Virus record (IMG/VR): IMGVR_UViG_3300037851_000568
Location: 10,139-74,138 of that record
Origin: a virus
DNA length: 64,000 bases
Strand: one strand, 5' to 3'
The notes beneath the pieces were generated by a model, which was given only the letters and a program-made list of their open reading frames with translations, had not been told where the DNA came from and did not search any database. Shown here piece by piece: positions 8,941 to 18,762 of this stretch (positions are counted from its first letter, which is position 1; the number at the start of each line of letters is the position of its first letter). Made by a program: the position numbers and the translations under genes.

Positions 8941-10907
8941 ACATCAACGAAGCGACCATGTCCGTGAACATTGCGGGTGTTCCCCGGCCGTTCCGGATCA
9001 TCACCAAGGAGCAGGGCAAGAAGGAGTACGGGGCCCCGTTCTACGAGCAGGTGGCCGGTACCCTCCGTGGTGTTGCCGACAAGATCCGCTCCTCCGCTTC
9101 TGACGCCCGGTCCGCACGGACCATGGTGAAGGAGACCTTCGAGAAGCTTGGTATGGAGCCGGTCCAGAAGGCGGGCTTCCTGACCCAGCTGATGCGGTAC
9201 AAGGACGCCGCCGCGCTGGCGGACGCCCTCTACGACATCACCATCGACGGTCCCGACGGTCAGGCCTTCGTTGTCGGCGAGTCCGAGCTGAACGACCAGA
9301 AGTCCTCGTTCTCTGAGGCGTGGGACGCCCAGAGTGAGGACGAGCGGGCCAAGCACCTGTCCATGGCCGGGTACGACGGCGAAGAGCTGTCCGCCTACAA
9401 GAAGTTCACGTGGGACAACCTGCCTCCCGCTGTACGCAACCACGTCGAGGTGGTGATGGAGTCCTACAACCCCGGGGCGGCCGACATTCGTCTGCCGTTC
9501 CACGGGGACAACATCCCCAAGGCCGAGGTGGAGCCGGAGGCTGAAGAGCCCGCCCCCGAGGCCGAGGAAGAACCCGCCGAGGAGGAGCCTGCGGAAGAAG
9601 AACCGGCCGGTGACGTCGTCTTTGAGAACGCCATGACCGCCGTCAATTTCTTCCGCAAGATGTCGGGTATGACCGAGGCTGAGGAGCCGAAGGACGGAAA
9701 GGCTCCCGGCGTCATGGACGATCCGGAGGCGAAGGCCGACGCCGAGGCCGCCAGTGACGCGAATGCGTACAAGCCTGAGCCTGCCGATGCTCGCAGTAAG
9801 ACCTCGGAAGATCCAGAACTTTTGGCGCTGCTGGCCAAGGCGGCTGCTGGAGACAACGACGCTGCCGGTAAGGTGGCGATGAAGTACCGGCCGCTGATCA
9901 AAAAGATGGCCGCTGATGCGGCGGCTATTGGGAATGCCTACAGCAAGAAAATGTCCAGCCCGGACAGGCAGTACGGTCGTCTTGACTCCGGGGACATGGA
10001 GGACCTTGCCAGCGACGGTTTGATGATCGCCGTCAACGTTGCCAAAAAATTCGATCCTGAGAAAGGGGTCAGGTTTTCGACGTTCTTGACGCGGAAGCTT
10101 CTCGACCTTAGAAACACGGCGCGTGGTCTGGTCGCCAAAAAAGTCGGAACAGTCAGCGGCGATGAAAAGGTCCCCTCCAAGAAGTTCGGGTCCGCAGGAG
10201 ACGACTCCGGTAACCGACTGACCACGTTTTCAAAGGAGGACGTTGCGAAGGTCTTGGCCCAGCGGGCGCTTCTTCCCGACGCGTGCGTCAAGGCCATCGA
10301 TGCGGCCGTTGATGCGCTTGCTGAACCCGTTCGGACGATGGTGCGTCTGGCTTTCGGGTTTGACCCTGCTTTGGCCCGAAAGATCAATCCCAATAAGGAC
10401 CACTTGTCGTTCAGGGACATTGCTAATTATGTGGTCGACGCCAAGTTGGCACCTACTATGTCGCACGAGTATGTCCGCAAGCTCGTTTACGGGGCCATTT
10501 CCGATCTCGCCGTTGACAAAGTCATCAAGGGCTGCTGGCAGGACGTTAATCCTGCAGGCCCTGACGAGGCGGCGGCCAAGCGGTTCGACCCCGACTTCGA
10601 TCTGGCTGGATTCCTCGGCGACGAGGATTACAACGCCCTCTTCGAGAGCGGCGAGTTCTTGGAGTACCCGTCGGACATGGTGGCCAAGAACATGGAAGCG
10701 CTCATGCTCGCCGAGGGCGTCAAGGTTCGTCGGAAAGGCAGGCGCATCCACGTTCCGGTCAACGAGTATGGCCGGGCCAAGAAGGCCTTCGAGAAGCATG
10801 GCCTGACGATCCCCAAGAAGATGGTCAGCAACGACGGGGAGACCGTCCGCAAGATGACCCGGTTCGCAGGTCTGTACGGAGCTTCGATCCTTGACACACC
10901 CCACTAG
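8937..10907 (+). CDS. sigma-70-family factor (regions 2 and 4) fused within a larger acidic protein
   Basis: AAAGDNDA...KYRPLIKKMA, DMEDLASDG...AKKFDPEKGVRFSTF (region 2); LAEPVRTMVRLAFG...SFRDIA...SHEYVRKL (region 4 HTH). Confidence 0.75.
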   Translation: MNINEATMSVNIAGVPRPFRIITKEQGKKEYGAPFYEQVAGTLRGVADKIRSSASDARSARTMVKETFEKLGMEPVQKAGFLTQLMRYKDAAALADALYDITIDGPDGQAFVVGESELNDQKSSFSEAWDAQSEDERAKHLSMAGYDGEELSAYKKFTWDNLPPAVRNHVEVVMESYNPGAADIRLPFHGDNIPKAEVEPEAEEPAPEAEEEPAEEEPAEEEPAGDVVFENAMTAVNFFRKMSGMTEAEEPKDGKAPGVMDDPEAKADAEAASDANAYKPEPADARSKTSEDPELLALLAKAAAGDNDAAGKVAMKYRPLIKKMAADAAAIGNAYSKKMSSPDRQYGRLDSGDMEDLASDGLMIAVNVAKKFDPEKGVRFSTFLTRKLLDLRNTARGLVAKKVGTVSGDEKVPSKKFGSAGDDSGNRLTTFSKEDVAKVLAQRALLPDACVKAIDAAVDALAEPVRTMVRLAFGFDPALARKINPNKDHLSFRDIANYVVDAKLAPTMSHEYVRKLVYGAISDLAVDKVIKGCWQDVNPAGPDEAAAKRFDPDFDLAGFLGDEDYNALFESGEFLEYPSDMVAKNMEALMLAEGVKVRRKGRRIHVPVNEYGRAKKAFEKHGLTIPKKMVSNDGETVRKMTRFAGLYGASILDTPH

Positions 10908-11562
10908 TCCGGGGCAGCAGCTACCGCTGCGCGGTGATCGTGAGGCCATCGACCAGCGTCGCGCTCTGGTCAAGGAGATGCTGGTTCGTGGCATGTCCAC
11001 GATGGCCATCGCCAAGGCCATCGGCGTGCATCGGAACACCATCCTGAACGACTCCAAGGAGATCCGGCGCACCATGCGTCAGGGGATCAAGGAGATCGAT
11101 CCGGTTCAGTCCATCGCCAACTCGGTGGAAATCTTCGACATGGTGGTCAAGGAGTCCATCGTCCAGTACCACAGTTCCGAGGGTAAGGCGGCCAAGGTCC
11201 AGTTTCTTCGCACGATCACCGAGACGGAGGCCACCAAGCTCAAGTTCCTGATGTCCACCGGCCTCCTTCCCAGCCACGGGCTGGAGAAGGTCATTGATGC
11301 CGAAGTCAGCACCGAGAAGACCAAGCACGTGGAAGGCAAGTTCCAGAAGGCCGGGCTTGGAGAGGTGCTAAAGAGCCCGGAATCCCGGCGCAAGATCTTG
11401 TCGGCTTTCCAGAAGTTCCTGACCATCGGCAAGCAGGAGGTTTTGGAGGCGGGAAAACGAGAGGAGGGTGTCAATGGCGGACAAAGTGGACCTTCAGGAG
11501 CTGATCCTGGAGCGGGAGAAGCTGAAGGGGGAACGCCTCCAGCTGCAGGAGGCGCTCCGTAA
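10891..11562 (+). CDS. HTH DNA-binding protein, possible terminase small subunit
   Basis: RGMSTMAIAKAIGVHRNTILND HTH; lies upstream of TerL; TTG start uncertain. Confidence 0.6.
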   Translation: MTHPTSPGQQLPLRGDREAIDQRRALVKEMLVRGMSTMAIAKAIGVHRNTILNDSKEIRRTMRQGIKEIDPVQSIANSVEIFDMVVKESIVQYHSSEGKAAKVQFLRTITETEATKLKFLMSTGLLPSHGLEKVIDAEVSTEKTKHVEGKFQKAGLGEVLKSPESRRKILSAFQKFLTIGKQEVLEAGKREEGVNGGQSGPSGADPGAGEAEGGTPPAAGGAP

Positions 11563-12139
11563 GATCCAGGACAACATGAGTCGGCTGACCCAGATGAAGG
11601 CCGACGCCGAGCAGGAGCTGCAGGTCGTAGCCCTTCAGCTGGTCAAGTACAACCAGCAGATCGTATCCCAGTGTACGGCCGAGATCGCTTCCGAGGGTCT
11701 GGACCTTCCCAAGGCGTCGGCCAAGCCCAAGAAGGAGGAGGCCAAATCCGGACTTGAGGAGGCCAGCGAGTTCCTTCCTTCCATGGAGGATTTCCGCAAG
11801 CTTGTGGACGCCAAGCCAAACAAGGACATCCAGATGGATGTGCAGGACCGGATGGTGGACAAGAGCCTGAACCAGATCATCGATATCGCCTCGTGGCCGG
11901 AACGCGAGGGCAAGATGCGCGGCGCTGGATGGCGGCAGGCCACGGCAGCTGGTGAACTTGTCCGGGATGACCGCGTCTGCGTGGCTCAGATGTCCAAGGA
12001 CGGCAAGAAAGTGTCGGTGGTCGAGGGCCGGGTAACGGCCGTCGAAATGGACGGTGCTGTTAACGTAGACGTGGGCGGAAACGTAGTTGAGGTTGATACC
12101 AAGGGCGCAGCGAGTAAGATATACAAGCTGTCAACGTAG
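11474..12139 (+). CDS. coiled-coil hypothetical protein
   Basis: SD GAGGAGGG; N-terminal heptad repeats. Confidence 0.65.
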   Translation: MADKVDLQELILEREKLKGERLQLQEALRKIQDNMSRLTQMKADAEQELQVVALQLVKYNQQIVSQCTAEIASEGLDLPKASAKPKKEEAKSGLEEASEFLPSMEDFRKLVDAKPNKDIQMDVQDRMVDKSLNQIIDIASWPEREGKMRGAGWRQATAAGELVRDDRVCVAQMSKDGKKVSVVEGRVTAVEMDGAVNVDVGGNVVEVDTKGAASKIYKLST

Positions 12140-12160
12140 GATTTCTGGAGGGAGGCGGTC

Positions 12161-12523
12161 ATGGGTCGCTTTGTCAAGACCATCGGCGAGTACAGGATCG
12201 ACAACGCCGACAACAACACCACCGAATACCGGCGCGTTTTCAACGAGTCCGTGCAGATCACGGAGTACGTGGCCTTCAAGGTCAACATCCCGGCCAGCAC
12301 GCTGGACTTTGAGATTCCGCTCACGGGGCTGGATCCCAACAACATCCGCAAGCTGTACATGATGTCCAACGTTGAGGTCTCGGTGAAGATCAACGGGATC
12401 ACCGGGCCTTCGTTCAGCCTGCTGAGCACGACGATCATCGGCGGCAAGCTGTCGAACGGGTCCATCTACATCACGACCGGGGCGGATGCTGCGTGCATTG
12501 AGGTGTCCGCAGCTGCCGTGTAG
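12161..12523 (+). CDS. beta-rich hypothetical (probably structural) protein
   Basis: SD GGAGGGAGG; composition. Confidence 0.7.
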   Translation: MGRFVKTIGEYRIDNADNNTTEYRRVFNESVQITEYVAFKVNIPASTLDFEIPLTGLDPNNIRKLYMMSNVEVSVKINGITGPSFSLLSTTIIGGKLSNGSIYITTGADAACIEVSAAAV

Positions 12524-12526
12524 TGG

Positions 12527-15500
12527 ATGCTCAAGAAGGTTGACGATAAGTGGGTTACCGTCCGCACGGAGGCCGAAGAAGCAGCTGCGCTTCAGGCTGA
12601 TCTGGCGCGGCTGAGCCCTGAAGAGCGGGCCGCGCTGCAGCTGATGGTGGCGGAAAGCCAGCTTCCGTCCATCTCCGGTACCGCTAGCATCGTCGAGTCC
12701 GTGGCCGACCTGGAGTACGCTCGTATTCCGGTCGGCCCCAGACAGTACCTTGAAGATCCCTACTACATGGGCGAGGTCGCCCGGAACATGTTCCCCAAGC
12801 TTCGGGACGACTTCATCAACATCTTCACCGGCGGCTACGAGGAACTGGTTGCGACCGGATCCATCGGCTTGGATTCCTTGATCCAAGAAGCTGATGGGGG
12901 TCTTCCCACGCTGGGAGAGCGGATCGGACATTCTGGTGATGTGGTCACGGTCATGGATCATGGCACCGACACGTCTACGACCGAACCGGCCCACCACTCC
13001 GGCATCAAGAAGGTTTTGCGGTTGACGCTGGCCAACGGCATGTCCGTAACCCTCACCCCGGATCACGAAGTGCTGGTGCGCAGGCTGACCGGTAATGCGT
13101 GGGTGGAAGCGCGGCAAATCCAGCTTGGTGATCTGGTCCTCTGTCCACGGGTTATCAAGACGACTCCGTCCTCCGACATTTCCGAAGACGAGGCTGCCCT
13201 GTTGGGCTATTGGACCACGGACGGCTCTTCGTCTGATACTCGTGCGCGATTCTCCGACGGCAATCCGAGAACCACCGAACATGTCATGGATTTGCTTCCC
13301 AAGTTCGGTTTCTCCGGCCGTCGATACAAGCTTACGGGGAGCAAGTGCTGGGAAGTATCCGTGTCTAAGGTGAAGACCGGCGGATTCTCTGCGTGGCTGC
13401 AAAGGCACGGCGTTTTCCGTCGTCAGTGCGGGACGGTTACGGTTCCGCAGGCGGTGTGCCGGGCGTCCAACTCTGCTGTGGCTGCGTTTCTTCGCGCTGT
13501 GTGGGCTGCAGAGGGAAGCGTCTACTGCCCCGGTAACCGGCGCTCGCCGCCTAGGTTTGCACTTGGGATGATCTCCGAGAGATTCATTCGTCAGGTCCAG
13601 CTTCTTCTCCTCAGATTCGGGGTGCAGGCCAGGATTCGTAAGACCGACTACGTAGACAAGCGTAACGGAGCCAGCAGGCTCATCTGGCATCTGGCGGTCA
13701 CGGGTGCGGAGCAGATGGCTGCGTTCCTGACCGGTGTTGGCCCCATCCTCGGTAAAGAGGACGCCTGCCGTAGGATTGCGGATTACTGCAAATCTGTGAA
13801 GGCTAATACCAACGTGGATCTGCTGCCGTTTACTCGTGGCTGGCTCAGCTCCGAGATGGCGTCATCTGGGATCGTTCGTCCTAGAGGAGACCGGTGGTGG
13901 ATCCTCAAGTCTCGATCTGATGCCAGAATTTCGAGAGGGTCGTTTGCGGAATGGCTTGCTAATTACGGCCGCACTGATCTTGGTCAGCACCTGAAGTCCG
14001 AGTTCCCTGACGACGTGATGTACGAGCCCGTCGTCAAGCTCGAATCCGTCGGTGTTAGCGTTCCGGTCGGCGACGTCGGCGCTCATCGCGGAAACCGATT
14101 CGTGGCCAACGGCATTTCGGTCCATAACTCCATCGGCTTTGGCAAGAGCTTCTTCGGGACCATGTGCCTGTCGTACGTGCTCTACCAGCTTAGCTGCCTG
14201 CGGAATCCCGCCGAGTCGTATGGTCTGGCTGCCGGATCCCAGCTGCACTGTGTTAACCTTTCCGCCCGCAAGGACACCGCCCAGCGTGTCATCTTCGACG
14301 GTGTGGCGGACAAGCTTGAGCTGTCGCCGTACTTCAAGGAGATCGGGTTCGAGCGACGCAAGGATTCCTTGCGGTTCCCACACAACATCGTGGTGGTCGG
14401 CGGCGAATCCACCGACAGCTCCGTGCTGGGCTTGTCCGTCATCGCGGCCATCGTCGACGAAACCAACTTCATCAAGACGTCGGCCGCACGCCGGACCGCT
14501 TCTGGCATGCAGCACTACGGGCGTGCCGAGATGCTCTACAGCTCCATCAAGAGCCGCATGCAGTCGCGCTTCATGAAGGCTGGGCAGCTCCCGGGTCTGC
14601 TCATGCTTCTGTCCTCGCGTCAGGTTCCTGATGACTTCACGGAGACCCGCATCCGGCAATCCGTCGACGATCCCAAGATCTACGTCATGGACTACGCCCT
14701 CTGGGACGTGAAGCCGGATAACTACTCCAAGGAGCGCTTCAAGGTCTTCGTAGGATCCGGCGGCCAGAAGCCCAAGATCTTGGACGCCGGTGAAAAGATT
14801 CAGCTTCACGAAGGTGAACGGATCGTGGAGGTTCCTGTCGACTTCCGTAAGCGCTTCGAGGAGAACCTCACGGGTTCGCTCCGTGATCTGGCTGGCGTCT
14901 CGGTCGTCACGATCACCAACTTCCTCCAGAACCGCGAGATGCTGTTCAAGGCCGTGGACAAGACACGGGTCCACCCTTTCTCCGTGGACGAATGGGAGAT
15001 CGGCACCGACGGCAAGTTCCTCTGGGACAAGCTGGTCACGAAGGGTGCCGATGGGGAGTTCTCCCCGATCAAGTTCCCCGAAGCCGTGCGGTACATCCAC
15101 ATCGACCCGTCGATCAGCGGTGACGCAACCGGGTTGGCCATGGGCTGCGTCTGCGGGTTCAAGCGGGTGGTCAGGCACGACAACGAGGGGAAGAAATTCG
15201 AGGAGGAGGCTCCCCAGATCTGGGTGGACCTCGTACTCCGGATCACTCCGCCGCAGGGCGGCGAAATCTTCCTTGGCGACGTGCGCAACCTCATCTATCA
15301 GCTCTCCGAGAGGGGATTCCCGATCAGCAAGGTTTCCATGGACTCCTACCAGTGCATGGCGGCTGGGACCATGGTGAACACGCGTCGTGGGTTGATTCCA
15401 ATCGAAGAGGTTCGGGTTGGAGATACGGTCCAATCTAGGATTGGGCCACGGGCCGTGCAGAAGACTTGGTCTTTCGGACGAAAGCCAACCCTCCGAATCA

Positions 15501-16957
15501 CCACGGACGACGGAGATGAGATCGAGGGGACGGACAGGCATCGTATTGAGGTGGCCGTCGGTTGGGAGGATGCGAAGCCTTCAAAATACGGTCACACCAG
15601 AGAGCCCGTCTGGGCTTGGAAGATGCTGTCCGAAATAAAGGCGGGTGACATCGTCCATCTTACCGGGGCAACGCAGGTTGATGGCAACGCGGTCAAGTTG
15701 AACGGCTCCAAGAAGGCCTTCGGGTGGCGGAAAGGGCCGCCCAGCTCGATTGACGGGTGGGCTTTTCCCGCGAAGATGACCGCGAAGCTGGCCGAGTGGC
15801 TCGGCCTCGTGTGGGGGGATGGAAGTGTAAGCGAAGACGGCGTTCGGGTTAGCGTGACGGCTGACGAGGCTGACGACGCGAAAGCTGTCTTCCGCAGGCT
15901 TTTTGGGGTTGCGCCGGAGTGGCACGCTTACGGTGATCGTAACTGCGGATACGTTGGAGTCAGTGCCCGGTGGCTTATTCGTTGGATGTCGGCCAACGGC
16001 CTCGTAAAACCATTGATCCCGGCCGCCATTCTTCGCTCTGGCAGGCGTATTAAGGCGGCTTTTCTTCGCGGGTTGTTCGCGACGGATGGCTCGGTTGGCC
16101 GGACGCAGGGGTCGGTCTCCTTGTCGACGGCCCACAAAGTCTTGGCCGATCAGGTGCGCCTTATTTTGAGAACTGATTTTGGGATCGAGTCTTGCCTCAC
16201 CAAAATCGTGCGCGGCTCCCGCGGCGATTATCCGTCGGCCCGCAATTTTCAGTACGTTGTCGCCGTGCGAGGCGCTCGCAAGGAGTTCCTTGAAAAAATC
16301 GGTTTTTCGTACGTTCGTAAGCACAAGCTGCTTTCCAAGCACTCTGGTGTCCGGGGCCGTAGGATCTTTCCACGCGTTGCGTCTGTTACACGCAGCGAAG
16401 CGGAGGTGTACGACCTTCAAGTGGCTGAGGATCCGTCCTACGTGGCGAACGGATTCGTGTCGCACAACAGCATCGAGAGCCTGCAGCAGTTGCGGCTCAA
16501 GGGGTACCAGACGGAGATCATCTCGGTGGACGCCAAGATGGATCCGTACGAGATGCTCAAGGGTACCTTGTACGAGGGGCGCGTCTCCATCTACGACTAC
16601 CCGGTCCTGATCAACGAGATGAAGAACCTTGAGCTGGACTGGGTGCGCAGGAAGGTAGACCACCCCATTCACGGCACCAAGGACGTCGCGGATGCTCTCT
16701 GCGGGCTGGTTTACTCGCTGACCCAGAAGTACACCAAGAAGGGGGGCCCCAACGGCTACGGCGCGGCCCCGATGCAGGGCATCTCGGAGCTTCCGCAGCA
16801 GAACACGTACGTTCCAGTAGACTCCAAGAGCGGAAAGCGCGGGCAGATCCTCTGGCCTGATGAGTACGAGGACCAGCTGTGGGGCAAGGAAGAGGAAGCC
16901 GACAAGGACTTTGATGGAGGGGACGACGGCAGCATGCCGCCGTTCATCGTGGGGTGA
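12527..16957 (+). CDS. terL: terminase large subunit with two inteins
   Basis: After splicing: Walker A GSIGFGKS, Walker B IVDE, nuclease HIDP, MDSYQS and HGTKDVADA motifs. Confidence 0.92.
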   Translation: MLKKVDDKWVTVRTEAEEAAALQADLARLSPEERAALQLMVAESQLPSISGTASIVESVADLEYARIPVGPRQYLEDPYYMGEVARNMFPKLRDDFINIFTGGYEELVATGSIGLDSLIQEADGGLPTLGERIGHSGDVVTVMDHGTDTSTTEPAHHSGIKKVLRLTLANGMSVTLTPDHEVLVRRLTGNAWVEARQIQLGDLVLCPRVIKTTPSSDISEDEAALLGYWTTDGSSSDTRARFSDGNPRTTEHVMDLLPKFGFSGRRYKLTGSKCWEVSVSKVKTGGFSAWLQRHGVFRRQCGTVTVPQAVCRASNSAVAAFLRAVWAAEGSVYCPGNRRSPPRFALGMISERFIRQVQLLLLRFGVQARIRKTDYVDKRNGASRLIWHLAVTGAEQMAAFLTGVGPILGKEDACRRIADYCKSVKANTNVDLLPFTRGWLSSEMASSGIVRPRGDRWWILKSRSDARISRGSFAEWLANYGRTDLGQHLKSEFPDDVMYEPVVKLESVGVSVPVGDVGAHRGNRFVANGISVHNSIGFGKSFFGTMCLSYVLYQLSCLRNPAESYGLAAGSQLHCVNLSARKDTAQRVIFDGVADKLELSPYFKEIGFERRKDSLRFPHNIVVVGGESTDSSVLGLSVIAAIVDETNFIKTSAARRTASGMQHYGRAEMLYSSIKSRMQSRFMKAGQLPGLLMLLSSRQVPDDFTETRIRQSVDDPKIYVMDYALWDVKPDNYSKERFKVFVGSGGQKPKILDAGEKIQLHEGERIVEVPVDFRKRFEENLTGSLRDLAGVSVVTITNFLQNREMLFKAVDKTRVHPFSVDEWEIGTDGKFLWDKLVTKGADGEFSPIKFPEAVRYIHIDPSISGDATGLAMGCVCGFKRVVRHDNEGKKFEEEAPQIWVDLVLRITPPQGGEIFLGDVRNLIYQLSERGFPISKVSMDSYQCMAAGTMVNTRRGLIPIEEVRVGDTVQSRIGPRAVQKTWSFGRKPTLRITTDDGDEIEGTDRHRIEVAVGWEDAKPSKYGHTREPVWAWKMLSEIKAGDIVHLTGATQVDGNAVKLNGSKKAFGWRKGPPSSIDGWAFPAKMTAKLAEWLGLVWGDGSVSEDGVRVSVTADEADDAKAVFRRLFGVAPEWHAYGDRNCGYVGVSARWLIRWMSANGLVKPLIPAAILRSGRRIKAAFLRGLFATDGSVGRTQGSVSLSTAHKVLADQVRLILRTDFGIESCLTKIVRGSRGDYPSARNFQYVVAVRGARKEFLEKIGFSYVRKHKLLSKHSGVRGRRIFPRVASVTRSEAEVYDLQVAEDPSYVANGFVSHNSIESLQQLRLKGYQTEIISVDAKMDPYEMLKGTLYEGRVSIYDYPVLINEMKNLELDWVRRKVDHPIHGTKDVADALCGLVYSLTQKYTKKGGPNGYGAAPMQGISELPQQNTYVPVDSKSGKRGQILWPDEYEDQLWGKEEEADKDFDGGDDGSMPPFIVG
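12860..14128 (+). mobile_element. intein 1 in the TerL Walker A motif (Ser-initiated, LAGLIDADG endonuclease)
   Basis: Starts SIGLDSLI, block B TLTPDH, ends VHN/S; motifs LGYWTTDGS and FLRAVWAAEGS. Confidence 0.85.
15353..16468 (+). mobile_element. intein 2 in the TerL nuclease domain (LAGLIDADG endonuclease)
   Basis: Starts CMAAGT, ends VYDLQV...SHN/S; motifs LGLVWGDGS and FLRGLFATDGS. Confidence 0.9.
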
Positions 16958-17988
16958 AAAAGAAGGTTGAGGATCCTGTTTCCGAGGTGGCGGCTCTCGT
17001 CCCCCCGGACGTCATCCAGAAGAAGACCGGCGGGTTCTTGTGGCCGCCGAGGCCCGAAATGCCGGATCAGCACGTTCCGGACTACGCCGCCAACCTTGAG
17101 AAGAACATGACGGGGGCGTCGGATGTGGCCAAGATCCAGGCCAATGCCAGGACAACGTGGCTCAGGGAAGGGGTTCTGGACTACGTTCGTGCCACGCAGG
17201 ACCCCGCCTTGTGGGATCTTGAGACCGGCATGCTTCGTCCGGAGGCGAAGACGGAGATCGTAGGGCGTCTGGATCGTGGGCTGGCCGATCTGGCCTTCGA
17301 TCCGGAGTGGATCAAGAGCGTCAGCATCATGGGGTCCATGGTTGGCCGCCAGTACCGGTCCGATTCGGATGTCGACGTCGAGGTTCTGATCGATCAGGCG
17401 GTTCCCGAAGAGGTCCTTCAGGGGGCCGTGAACCACTTCACGCAGGCTGTGAGCGGCAAGCCTTTGTCCGGAACCAAGCACCCGGTGAACTTCTTCCTGA
17501 CCAAGACCCCGCCGCCCATGGCCACCATCGAAGGGAAGTACGACCTGACCAGCGACCGCTGGACCAAGGACCCGGTCAATCCGCCGGAGAACTTCGATCC
17601 GGAGGCGGTTTACAGCGACGCCTACAAGGCGGGTCGTGAGATCGCCAACGAGATCGGCAAACTCTTCGGCGAGCTGCGCCGGGACGTTCAGGACATGCAG
17701 GAGCTGAAGGCCCTCGACAGCGCATTCGCCGACGACTTGCAGCTGAAGAAGCTCCACGAGATCAACGAGACGGTGCTCTGTCTGACCCGCATTGGGAAGA
17801 TTCTGTGGCGCGTTCGGGACGACGCCTTCAAGGCTGGCGGAGATCCCCAGCGTTCGCCGGAGAACCTGCTGTACAAGTTCGTGGACAAGTCCGGCGAGCT
17901 TGCCCAGCTTCACAAGCTTGGCGATGTTCGCAGCCGGTACGTCGACGATCTGGCGGCCGCCTTGAATGTCGGAGGACACGATGCGTAG
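16954..17988 (+). CDS. Pol-beta-fold nucleotidyltransferase-domain protein
   Basis: IMGS...YRSDSDVDV (GS + DxD). Confidence 0.7.
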   Translation: MKKKVEDPVSEVAALVPPDVIQKKTGGFLWPPRPEMPDQHVPDYAANLEKNMTGASDVAKIQANARTTWLREGVLDYVRATQDPALWDLETGMLRPEAKTEIVGRLDRGLADLAFDPEWIKSVSIMGSMVGRQYRSDSDVDVEVLIDQAVPEEVLQGAVNHFTQAVSGKPLSGTKHPVNFFLTKTPPPMATIEGKYDLTSDRWTKDPVNPPENFDPEAVYSDAYKAGREIANEIGKLFGELRRDVQDMQELKALDSAFADDLQLKKLHEINETVLCLTRIGKILWRVRDDAFKAGGDPQRSPENLLYKFVDKSGELAQLHKLGDVRSRYVDDLAAALNVGGHDA

Positions 17989-18703
17989 CCTTCTGTTCCT
18001 GACCCCGGCGTTTCTCACCGGATGCTTCCTGTTGGGAAGCGACGGACGTCTTCCCGAGGTCTGGGTGGTGAAGGACGTCCCGATCCGGTTCTGGAACAAG
18101 CTCGAACCCAATGACGACCGACCGCCCCGGGTTGTCGAGCTGCTTACGGAGCTGAACAGGGCCATCTACGATGCTTCCGACGGCCAGATTCGTGTTGCCA
18201 AGTTCACGGTCTACGACACGCCACAGCGGGGACCAGGAAATCTTGGACAAGGCGAGCTGCATGATGCGGACGAAAGCATCCGGGGACACGCTTCTCTTGG
18301 CACTCCCAAGCTTCCGGGCGTGTGGCACTTCACGCTGCACGAGAATGAAGAGGACCTGAAGCAGCGGATCCGTACGGCCGTCCACGAATGGTTCCACGCC
18401 TATACCAGCATCGTGGACGAGTATCGTCGGGAGGCCGAAGGCTCGAAGGCCTCGTGTCCGGAGAAGTGGGTCGACCGGCAGTTGTCCAACGCGTGTCTGA
18501 TGTACGCCAACCCGAGGACCGAGCTTTGCCGCCCGCCGAACCACAACCCCAAGACACGACAGGGTGATCGGTGGGGAAAATCCTGCTATGAACGGGTGAT
18601 TGAAGTGGTGAAGGCTGACGGGTTCGGGCAGATGATTCTACCGGACGAGCACTATGTCGGGCCTTCCAATCCCCCCGATCCGGTTGTAGACTTCGTGAAG
18701 TAG
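17981..18703 (+). CDS. lipoprotein zinc metalloprotease (HExxH, CLCA-like)
   Basis: Lipobox FLTG|C; VHEWFHAYTSIVDEY; downstream ACLM. Confidence 0.7.
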   Translation: MRSLLFLTPAFLTGCFLLGSDGRLPEVWVVKDVPIRFWNKLEPNDDRPPRVVELLTELNRAIYDASDGQIRVAKFTVYDTPQRGPGNLGQGELHDADESIRGHASLGTPKLPGVWHFTLHENEEDLKQRIRTAVHEWFHAYTSIVDEYRREAEGSKASCPEKWVDRQLSNACLMYANPRTELCRPPNHNPKTRQGDRWGKSCYERVIEVVKADGFGQMILPDEHYVGPSNPPDPVVDFVK

Positions 18704-18738
18704 TTCGGGGATGGAGAGATGGGGCAGCTGAATCGGCA

Positions 18739-18755
18739 ACTGCATAGTGTGCAGT
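18739..18755. repeat. 17-bp palindrome ACTGCATA-G-TGTGCAGT (copy 2)
   Basis: Intergenic, 7 nt before ATG 18763. Confidence 0.8.
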
Positions 18756-18762
18756 TTTAGCT

